Shown piece by piece: positions 12,706 through 23,380 of a DNA stretch of 64,000 nucleotides; within the stretch, counting starts at the first letter, position 1, and each line of letters starts with the position of its first letter. Made by a program: the position numbers and the translations under genes. This DNA comes from Anaeramoeba ignava BMAN (taxonomy: Eukaryota > Protista > Anaeramoebae), in assembly GCA_028826165.1 (NCBI GenBank), contig JAPDFW010000087.1, positions 1 to 64,000 on the forward strand, read 5' to 3'. The notes beneath the pieces are model-generated. The model had not been told where the DNA came from, did not search any database, and worked only from the letters and a program-made list of their open reading frames with translations.

Positions 12706-15700
12706 TCATTTCTTTTTCGCATTTTGTAACCATTCTTCAATTTTTTTCTTTAATTCAGGTAAAGGTTTGCACATTTCAATTGTTAAAGGTTCTCTATTAA
12801 AGGGATTAATTGGTTTAATTGCTAACCAACGAACTATATTTTTTCTATCAACAATTTGACCAGTTGGAACCAAATATGGATCTTCCATAAGAGAATATTC
12901 CAATTCACAAAGAAATTCATCAGGAGCATCTTCATCATCAATTTCTACTTGCTTCATTTTTTCAATGTTTTCTTGAATAAGTTTGTGAATTGATTCCAAC
13001 TCTTTTGGGATTTTTTCATCGATTTTTTCATTTTGTTGAAGAAATTTGCTTGCTTTGATGAAAATTTCCTTCTCCAATATTTGAGGATATTCAGAAGATA
13101 TCTGAATAAACTCAGGGAATTTTTTGAATAAAATGTTAATTTTGGCAAATTGATGAACAATTTTCATTGGATCCAAATTGTAATCATGCTGTTGGGAAAT
13201 ATTCATCGATAAAAACTGAGGTTGAAGAATTTTACCAAAATCTTGAGTCAAGAAAATAACAAGTGAATGAATTGTTTCATCTGATAAGAAAAACTCCACA
13301 ATCTTTGTTTTTTTCACAAATGTTTTCAATAAATCCAAAAAGGTGTAAAATTCATCCATCAATCCAGGAATTTGACTTTTCTGGAATTGAAACATTCTTG
13401 CTCTTTCTTCTCTCTCTTCTTGAATAAGGTTTCTCCATTCAGTTGGATTGCGAATTAATTTTTCTGTTTCCATCATTTTTTCAAGTGCATCAAATATATA
13501 ATTCCAAATAACTGTTAATTCATTCATAAAAGTATTAACAAATTGAAACGATAATTTGGAAGAAGTAATTAGTTTGTTAAATAACGATAGGTATAAATTT
13601 TCTTTCTTTTCTTGAATTTCAATTTTCTTGGAGTTTTCATTTGTATTTTCATTTGTATTTTCATTTGTATTTTCATTTATATTTTCATTTGTATTTTCAT
13701 TTGTGAATTGATCATTGCTCTTCAATATTTTGGGAGAAAGTAATGTGACCAAAATTTTCACCATAAAATCTCTTGATGTGAACTTTTCCACATTTTGAGA
13801 ATGAGTTGCTGTTGATTCAATTTCCAAATAAAATAACAGGAGTGATCCAATCAAATATTTTTGAGTGAGTAAATGATGAGAAAATATATCTCTCAAAAAA
13901 ATTGGTTCGTTTTTTCTTTTTGGATCATATTGATTTGTTAAAGCAAGATAGTTTTTCTTAACTGAAACTTCTGCAAAAATAAATATCACTTTGAGTATAT
14001 TCGAGCGAATAAACGCATTGCTTATAATTTTAGGACTTGCAAATAGAATAATAAACATATCCATCAATGGTTTCAAATCGATTTGCTTCATAATTTTAGG
14101 GTTAAATTGTGTAAACATGAATAAAGTATCGCAAATTGTTTCAAGAAAAAAACTTGGAATCATTGTAAATTCTTCTGGAATTTCTAGTTTTAATGGAAGT
14201 TGAATTTCGTTAAAATCAATCATTTTTTGATTGGAATTTAAAAATAATGTGGATAAAATCCATTTTGACATCAAATTCATATAATCTATCATATCCTTCA
14301 CAAAAACAATATCAAACAGATGTATATCGAATATGATTCTTTTGTGGATCAAATTTTCCAAAATTCTTCTGTTATTTTCATCTGGATTAGCTCGAAATTT
14401 TTTATCAATTTTACTCCACTCTTGAAGATAAAGATGATATTGTTTTAAATTAGGAATTAAACCGATTTGAATTATTCTTATTGTATCAAAGAAATAATTT
14501 TCAATTTTTTCAATTTTTTCAATTTCATTATTTTGAATATTTTCATTATTTTCATTATTTTCATTATTTTCATTATTTTGAATATTTTCATTATTTTCAT
14601 TATTTTCATTATTTTCATTATTTTCATCATTTTCAGGATAAAGCTCTTTTAATTTTTCTTCATAATTCTCAATAAATTCTTTAATTAAATTTTGTTGACC
14701 TCGAAAATTTGCAAGATTTTGTCGTTCATCTGTTTCTTGAAAAGATGATAATTTTATTTCTTTTGAAATATCAAATGATAATGAATTAAAATTCATTCTA
14801 ATTTTCAAAGGTAATTGAAGTGAATTGAAGAATATTTCTCCATAATTTAATAAAGGCTTAGTAATTTTTAAAAGAAATAACAAAATATTATGTAAAAACC
14901 CATTTGACGAAGTTTTATGACTTAATCCAATTTCAAACTAAAATTATAAGAATAAAAATATTTTTTTTTGATGTTGCTGTTAAATATTCAGTTATTAATT
15001 CTGTAAATAATTAAATTTGTAATTACATTTATTTGAATCCTCTCGCGATTAGATTTAATTACATCCTGAATCCATTTTGAAACCCGAGGTTTTGTTTCTG
15101 GATTTTTTAATAAAATCATGATGATAGTATAAACTAAATTATGCACAAAATGAAATTCCTTTTCTAAAAAATCCTTTTTTTTGGAAAAGTCAAATTGAAA
15201 AGTACGTGAAATATTTGGGAAATAAAGTTGAGCAAATGGCATATTATCCATTGCCGAAAAAGAAAAAAATGCTCCAAGATTGGATTTTTTTTCAAGAAGA
15301 AGTGGTTTTAATTTCTGTGAAATTGCAGATAAGAATGGAATATTTTGATTTTGTAATTCATTTCCATCATTTTTCTCCCAATCATCTTGAAATTCGAAAA
15401 TAATTTTTGCAATTAAATCAACCTTATACATCACTTCAAATACTTTTAATTGATTAATAATATCAAAGAAATTTAGTGGGTTTCGAATCTTTTCTGCAAA
15501 AAGAGTATTAAGTTTTCTGAAAAAAAATATTCCATTTTCAATATTTTCATCCTCTTTGAATCTGTTGAATAATTTTTGAAAAAACTCTTGATTTGCATAA
15601 ATTTTGTGCTTCAGTGTGTTTTCTTTGAAAAATGATTTTGCAATTAGATTGATTAAATTTTCTGGAAGCAGAATATTTGGAAATATTTGAGGTGAATTTA

Positions 15701-16735
15701 TCAAAATATAAAAATAACCAACAATAAAATCTTTTATTTTTTCTGATGTTAAATTATTTTGATTTGTTTCTTGGAAATTTTGAGCATCGATAAAGCATTT
15801 TAATAAATATTGAAAAGGATTGTAAATTTTTCCTTGTGCTAATATTTCTGCAATGATTAGATCTGGAAGCATTTCAAATTTTTCTTTTAAATTAATTTGT
15901 TGATTTTTGATTTCTTTATGGAGTGAATCTAGAAAAAATTGTGGATATTTTGGATTTTTTGCTAAAATTCCAACACGAAATATTTTTTCTAATAAACGAA
16001 TTTGTTTCCAATTTTGGCTATTGATTCTGAAAATATTTTGATTTTGATTTTGATTTATATTTTGATTTTGATTTTTATTTTGATTTTGATTTTGATTTTG
16101 ATTTTGATTTTGATTTTCATTTTTGATTTTGATTTTCATTTAATTTTCATTTTGAATTGAATCATATCTATTTTGATAAAGTTTAGCTCTTTTTTCTCGA
16201 ATTTCTTTTTCTTTTTCTTTTTCATTTTGATTTTGATTTTGATTTTTATTTTGATTTTGATTTTGATTTTGATTTTGATTTTCATTTTGATTTTGATTTT
16301 GATTTTCATTTTGATTTTCATTTTCATTTTCATTTTCATTTTGATTTTGATTTTGAATTTTTTTCAATTTGATTTTCATTTTGATTTTCTTTTTCAATTT
16401 GATTTTCATTTTCAATTTGAATTTGATTTTCATTTTGATTTTGATTTTGATTTAATTTTTCTTTTTCTTTTTCTTTTTCTTTTTCATTTTCATTTTCATT
16501 TTGAATTGAATCATATCTATTTTGATAAAGTTTAGCTCTTTTTTCTCGAATTTCTAAAAATAATTTATTTTTTAATTGAAAAAGTTAATCGGAAAAAAAA
16601 ATTTAAATATTTCTTCAATAAATTAATTATTTGAAAAAATTTTTTACCTTCAAAAGTTTGAGGTGCTTTTTCTTGTTTTTTTGTTATTTTTTTTTCTTTT
16701 TCTGGTTTAAATAACCAACTTAAAAGACAACCCAT
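12706..16735 (-). CDS. UFD2: U-box ubiquitin conjugation factor E4 (UFD2/UBE4); exons 16735-16648, 16553-15027, 14937-12706
   Basis: C-terminal U-box (DAPDEFLCELEYSLMEDP...VDRKNIVRWL...NPFNREPLT...PLPELKKKIEEW) and Ufd2 core motifs (SSNGFLHN; IPSFFLETI; ISNAFIRS; FYLEIEST...EKFTSR; FVNTFMNE). Frameshifts in the NQ tract at 16120-16365 are probably errors. Confidence 0.9.
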
Positions 16736-16841
16736 TTTTTTTTTATAATAATTTTTTTAAAAAAGGAAAAAAAATGAAAAATGAAAAAAATGAAAAAAAA
16801 AATCATTTTTTCTTTTTTTCTTTTTTTCTTAAATTAATTTT

Positions 16842-19800
16842 ATGCAAGAATTAAAAGTTCTTGTTATTGGAGAACAAAATACTGGAAGAAAAACTTTTAT
16901 TCAAAGAATTGCTACAGGAAGATTTGATGCATAGTAATTTTGTTCTCCTTTTTGAATTATAAATAAAATTATAAATAAAATTATAAATTAAATTATAAAT
17001 AAAATTATAAATTAAATTATAAATAAAAATTATAAATAAAAATTATAAATTAAATTATAAATAAAATTATAAATAAAATTATAAATAAAATTATAAATAA
17101 AATTATAAATTAAATTATAAATAAAATTATAAATTAAAATATAAATAAAAATATAAATAAAAATTATAAATAAAATTATAAATTAAATTATAAATTAAAT
17201 TATAAATTAAATTATAAATTAAATTATAAATTAAATTATAAATAAAATTATTAATAAAATTATAAATAAATAAAATTATAAATAAAATTATAAATAAAAT
17301 TATAAATTAAAATATAAATAAAAATATAAATTAAAATTATAAATAAAATTATAAATAAAATTATAAATAAATTATAAATAAAATTATAAATAAAGTTATA
17401 AATTAAATTATAAATAAAAATATAAATAAAATTATAAATTATAAATTAAATTATAAATAAAATTATAAATAAAATTATAAATTAAATTATAAATAAAATT
17501 ATAAATTAAAATTATAAATAAAATTATAAATAAAATTATAAATAAAATTATAAATAAAATTATAAATTAAATTATAAATAAAATTATAAATAAAATTATA
17601 AATTAAATTATAAATTAAATAATAAATAAAATTATAAATAAAATTATAAATTAAATTATAAATAAAATTAAATAAAATTATAAATTAAATTATAAATTAA
17701 ATTATAAATTGAATTATAAATAAAATTATAAATTAAATTATTAAATTATAAATAAAATTATAAATAAAATTATAAATTAAATTATTAAATTATAAATAAA
17801 ATTATAAATAAAATTATAAATTAAAATTATAAATTAAATTATAAATTAAATTATAAATAAAATTATAAATAAAATTATAAATAAAATTATAAATAAAATT
17901 ATAAATAAAATTATAAATAAAAATCAAATAAAAATGAAATTATAAATAAAATTATAAATAAAAATTATAAATTAAATTATAAATAAAATTATAAATAAAA
18001 ATTATAAATAAAATTATAAATAAAATTATAAATAAAATTATAAATAAAATTATAAATAAAATTATAAATAAAATTATAAATAAAATTATTAAATTATAAA
18101 TAAAATTATAAATTAAATTATAAATTAAAATTATAAATAAAATTATAAATAAAATTATAAATTAAATTATAAATAAAATTATAAATTAAATTATAAATTA
18201 AATTATAAATAAAATTATAAATTAAATTATAAATAAAATTATAAATAAAATTATAAATAAAATTATAAATAAAATTATAAATAAATTATAAATTAAATTA
18301 TAAATTAAATTATAAATAAAATTATAAATTAAATTATTAAATTATAAATAAAATTATAAATAAAATTATAAATTAAATTATAAATTAAATTATAAATTAA
18401 ATTATAAATAAAATTATAAATAAAATTATAAATTAAATTATAAATTTCTAAATAATTAAAATTATAAATTTCTAAATAATTAAAATTATAAATAAAATTA
18501 TAAATTAAATCATAAATAAAATTATAAATTTTAAAGTGCATGGGAAGAATGGTATTATTTTGATCGAGCCAAGAAAAAAGAATTTGAAATCCAAAATAAC
18601 AAATTTATGTTAAATTTTGATTTACTTTCATTACATGAAGAATTTCAACTATTATCTGAAATGGCGTTTCGTTCATCTAATCTTTTCGTCATAATTTGCT
18701 CAATTACAAATAAAAATAGTTTTGAAATAATTCAACAAACTCTTGAAAGTATTGAAAGGTTTAAAGATATAAATTTGAATGAAGTTTCAGTTATTTTAGT
18801 TGCAAATAAAATTGATTTAGAAGATCAAAGAGCAATTTCAAAACAAGAAATCGAACAAATTGCTAAACAATTTCAAATTTTATTTATTGAAACATCCTGT
18901 TTTACAGGAATAAATATTGAAGAATGTTTTAACATTTTATTAAAAGATTATTTAATCAAAAAAGAAGAAAAAGAAAATCCAAAAAAGAAAACAAAACGCC
19001 ATTTTTTCAAATCAAAACAAATTCCTCCTGAACCAAAACTCCCAGACCCATTTCCATTTCCAAAAATCGAAATTTTAGACTCAACATATCAAGATGATTT
19101 TTTGAAAATCCTTAATAATAAAGAATTTTCAGATATTGAATTTATCATTATGGAAAATCAAAATCAAAATCAAAATCAAAATCAAAATCAAAATCAAAAT
19201 GAATCTCAATCCTTATTTTCTCATCAATCAATTCTTTATTCAAGAAATCCAATCTTTAAAGAAATGATACAAAAATTTCAATCAGGTTCAAATTCTCAAA
19301 CAATTTTAAATGAATTAAACCAAACTTATACCAAATATTTAATGAGATTCGAAATTGATGAAGAAGAAAAAAAGGATCAAGTAAAAACTCACAAAAAATT
19401 AAAAGTGTATGTTGATTATCCCTATTTTGCTTTTTATTCAATGATAAAATATCTTTATTGTGGATTAATTGATCATAAAATACTTGAAAATCAAGATTTA
19501 GTAATTAAAATATTATCAATTTCAGATTTATTTCATGTAAAGAGATTATATTTAATAATGGAAGCAGCGATGAAAAAGTTTCAAAATCAAAATCAAAATC
19601 AAAATTCAAATCAAAATCAAAATCAAAATTCAAATGAAAATCAAAATCAAAATTCAAATGAAAATTCAAATGAAAATTCAAATGAAAATTCAAATGAAAA
19701 TTCAAATCAAAATTCAAATGAAAATTCAAATCAAAATTCAAATCAAAATTCAAATCAAAATCAAAATGAACAGAAAATAATTGATGATAATTTGAATAAT

Positions 19801-20478
19801 TTAACTCCAGACGAGAAAATTTCAAAAATACTCGAACTTGAAATTAGTGTAATGTCAAATTGTTATGCGAAATTAATTAGATTTGGAGCATTCGCAGATT
19901 TTTCTATTATCGGAGTTGAAGTAAACAAAAAACAAACTTTAAAAGCACATTTAGCAATATTATCACAAAGATGTGAATATTTCAAATCAATGTCTCATCA
20001 CCAAATGCAAGAAAATATTAAGAAAGAAATTGTTTTTGATGATATTTCGATCGAAGCACTGCTAATGATTCTTGAATATATTTATTGCAATCGATTTGTT
20101 CCACCAAGTATTGAGCTTGCAAAATCTGAAGGAAACACAAAGTTTATTTGTAAATCAAACGAAGCAATTTTAGAGTTACTCATTTTGAGTGATTATTTCC
20201 AGATTAATCGATTAAAACAAATATGCCAAGTTAATTTATCAAAAACTTTAGATCATGAAATGATTTTTTCCGCTCTTCAAGTTTGCAAAAAATGTGAAGC
20301 TCAGTTTTTGAAAGAATATTGTTATTGGGAAATGGGAAGAAATTATCTTAAGTTTACTAACCATAAAATGTTTAAAAAAATGACAGATAAAGAAGATCAA
20401 GAACAAATCAAAAAAAGAAGATTTCCTCCAAAAGAATATGATGATTATCAAAAGAAATATGGCAAAAAAAAGAAATAA
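16842..20478 (+). CDS. RhoBTB/RacA-like protein: degenerate small-GTPase domain + Pro-rich linker + two BTB domains; exons 16842-16933, 18537-20478
   Basis: LKVLVIGEQNTGRKT (P-loop), ILVANKIDL (G4), ETSC (G5), IPPEPKLPDPFPFP, BTB1 (FSDIEF...SHQSILYSRNPIF), BTB2 (FADFSI...AHLAILSQRCEYF), C-terminal RRFPPKEY resembling RhoBTB HRWPPVWY. Split codon TA|T joins the exons in frame. Confidence 0.85.
16934..18536 (+). repeat. Intron filled with 12-bp (TAAAATTATAAA/TTAAATTATAAA) satellite, almost pure A/T
   Basis: GT at 16934, AAG ending 18536. Confidence 0.9.
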
Positions 20479-20489
20479 TAAATAATAAA

Positions 20490-20838
20490 TTAAAAATGAA
20501 AATCTAAACGAAATGAAAAAGATTTTATTATTGAAAGAAAAGAAAAACAATATAAATTTCCTAAATTAATATTAATAATGAGAAGTGAATTATATCGAGG
20601 AATGTTTTTATCTGTAACAAATGATAAATCAAATAAAGTTACAGATTATAGTGAATTAAGTAATAAATCATTTCAAATATTTGAATATTGGATTTATTCA
20701 AATCAAATTAAAGATGAAATTCAAATTACACAAGAAATAATTAATGAAATTGAAACAGGAATTGATTATTTTCAATTAAATCAAACAAATCCAAATTTAT
20801 TTGATTTATTAATTAACAAATTTAATAATCAAAATTAA
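20490..20838 (+). pseudogene. 5'-truncated RCC1-BTB fragment (C-terminal BTB portion only)
   Basis: NEKDFIIERKEKQYKFPKLILIMRSELYRGMF...LLINKFNNQN* is nearly identical to the ends of the two downstream genes; begins about 12 bp after the stop of the preceding gene. Confidence 0.85.
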
Positions 20839-21232
20839 AATTAAAATTAAAATTAAAATTAAAATTTAAAATTAAAAATTAAAATTAAAATTAAAATTAA
20901 AATTAAAATTAAAATTAAAATTAAAATTTAAATTAAAATAATTAAAATTAAAATTAAAATTAAAATTAAAATTAAATTAAAAATTAAAATTAAAATTTAA
21001 AATTAAAAAATTAAAATTAAAATTAAAAAATATAAAATTAAAAATTTTAAAATTAAAATTAAAATTAAAATTAAAATTAAAATTAAAATTAAAAAATTAA
21101 AATTAAAATTAAAATTAAAATTAAAATTAAAATTAAAATTAAAATTAAAATTAAAATCAAAATTAAAATTAAAATTAAAAATAAAATTAAAATTAAAATT
21201 AAAATTAAAATAAATTAAAATTAAAATCAAAA
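20833..21232. repeat. (AAAATT)n spacer between RCC1-BTB units
   Basis: Visible tandem hexamer starting at the stop codon. Confidence 0.9.
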
Positions 21233-21261
21233 TTCATTTTTCATTTTTTTCATTTTCAAAA

Positions 21262-23067
21262 ATGAATGAAATTATATTTTTTGGTTTAAATGAATATCCA
21301 ATTCTTATCAAAAATGAATCAAATAAAATAAAAAAACCAATTCAACTTAAATTTGAAAATGAAAATGAAAATGAAAATGAAAATGAAATTGAAAATGAAA
21401 ATGAAAATGAAAAACAAATTAAACAAATTTTAGCAAATAAATATTCAACAATTTTCCTTTTTAAAAATGGAAAAGCAATAGAATATTTAGATGAAAACGA
21501 TTTAAATCAAAATCCTTCAAAAATCCAAATTAAAGAAAATATTCAAAAAGTAACTGTTGGTGTTCAAAATGTAGCTATTTTAACAATAGAAGGAAATGTA
21601 TTTGCCAAAGGAGAAGATATAAATCCAAAAAATCCAAAAGAATTTATCAATATTTCATCATTAATTGAAGATATAAATGATAGAATAATTGAAGATATTG
21701 TTTCTGGATGGGATTCAATTTACTTATTAACTCCAAATCAAAATGTTTACGGAATTGGTTCAAATGATTTTGGTCAACTTGGTTTTGATTCGTTTTTTCA
21801 AAAAGAAACAGAAAAACCAATTTTAATGATGAAAAATGTTTCTAAAATATTTTCAGGAAATTCTTCTTCTCATGTTTTTCTTTTAAATTCAAATCAAGAA
21901 TTATTTGGATGCGGTTATAATTATGATGGTCAACTTGGATTAGGAGAATCAAGAAAAGAAATAAAAATCATGAAATTAACCAAAATCCAAAATATTCCAA
22001 AAGGTAAAATAATTGATATTCAATGCGGATTTAATCATTCAATAATGTTGATTGAAAACCAAAATCAAAATGAAAATCCAAAAAGAAAACTTTATTCATG
22101 TGGATATTATCTATATAACGGACTTGGCCAAAATGGAAGAATTGATGAATTTACTGAAATTAAATTATCTTTATTTGATGATGATAATATTCTTGAAATT
22201 TCTGTTGGACATGCTCATACTTTGATTTTAACATCTAATTTAAAATTAATTGGATTTGGAAATAATCAATATGATCAATTAGGAATTGGAGATACAGAAT
22301 ATCAATTAATTCCAATTCAAATTGAACTTCCTGAATTAAGATTTAATGAAAATATTTCTAATTATCATATTTCTTGTGGATATCGAAAATCATTTCTTTA
22401 TTCTTCTCCTTCTTTTTCCAATCTTGAAGAAGATTTGATAAAACTATTTAGAAGAAAAGAATTTTGTGATATTTCATTTAAAACCAAAAATGGAGAAATA
22501 ATTGAAGTTCATAAATTAATATTAAAATATAGATTAAATCAAAATCAAAATCAAAATGAAAAACTTCAAGAAATTATTTCAAAAAAATCAATTAAAGAAT
22601 CAAATCAAATATTTGAAATGATTTATTCAAACAGAATAATAAATCCAAAATTATATTCTGAAATTAAAGAAATTATAAATTCAAATGAAAAAATTGAAGA
22701 AACAATGAAAAGAATTTATTTAAATGAAAATGAAAATGAAAATGAAAAAGATTTTATTATTGAAAGAAAAGAAAAACAATATAAATTTCCCAAATTAATA
22801 TTAATAATGAGAAGTGAATTATATCGAGGAATGTTTTTATCTGTAACAGAAGATAAATCAAATAAAGTTACAGATTATAGTGAATTAAGTAATAAATCAT
22901 TTCAAATATTAGAATATTGGATTTATTCAAATCAAATTAAAGATGGAATTCAAATTACACAAGAAATAATTAATGAAATTGAAACAGGAATTGATTATTT
23001 TCAATTAAATCAAACAAATCCAAATTTATTTGATTTATTAATTAACAAATTTAATAATCAAAATTAA
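21262..23067 (+). CDS. RCC1-repeat + BTB/POZ protein (intronless, 601 aa)
   Basis: RCC1 blades (GSNDFGQLG; CGYNYDGQLGLG; VGHAHTLIL...GFGNNQYDQLGIG) and BTB-like motifs (EFCDISF...EVHKLILKYR; PKLILIMRSELYRGMF). Confidence 0.88.
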   Translation: MNEIIFFGLNEYPILIKNESNKIKKPIQLKFENENENENENEIENENENEKQIKQILANKYSTIFLFKNGKAIEYLDENDLNQNPSKIQIKENIQKVTVGVQNVAILTIEGNVFAKGEDINPKNPKEFINISSLIEDINDRIIEDIVSGWDSIYLLTPNQNVYGIGSNDFGQLGFDSFFQKETEKPILMMKNVSKIFSGNSSSHVFLLNSNQELFGCGYNYDGQLGLGESRKEIKIMKLTKIQNIPKGKIIDIQCGFNHSIMLIENQNQNENPKRKLYSCGYYLYNGLGQNGRIDEFTEIKLSLFDDDNILEISVGHAHTLILTSNLKLIGFGNNQYDQLGIGDTEYQLIPIQIELPELRFNENISNYHISCGYRKSFLYSSPSFSNLEEDLIKLFRRKEFCDISFKTKNGEIIEVHKLILKYRLNQNQNQNEKLQEIISKKSIKESNQIFEMIYSNRIINPKLYSEIKEIINSNEKIEETMKRIYLNENENENEKDFIIERKEKQYKFPKLILIMRSELYRGMFLSVTEDKSNKVTDYSELSNKSFQILEYWIYSNQIKDGIQITQEIINEIETGIDYFQLNQTNPNLFDLLINKFNNQN

Positions 23068-23352
23068 AATTAAAATTAAAATTAAAATTAAAATTAAAAT
23101 TAAAAAAATTAAAATTAAAATTAAAATTAAAATTTAAAATTAAAATTAAAATTAAAATTAAAATTAAAATTAAAATTAAAATTAAAATTAAAATAAAATT
23201 AAAATTAAAATTAAAATTAAAATTAAAATTAAAATTAAAATTAAAATTAAAATTAAAATTAAAATTAAAATTAAATTAAAAAAATTAAAATTAAAATTAA
23301 AAATTAAAAATTAAAATTAAAAATTTTAAAATTTAAAATTAAAATTAAAATT
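23062..23352. repeat. (AAAATT)n spacer between RCC1-BTB units
   Basis: Visible tandem hexamer starting at the stop codon. Confidence 0.9.
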
Positions 23353-23380
23353 CATTTTTCATTTTTTTCATTTTTCAAAA

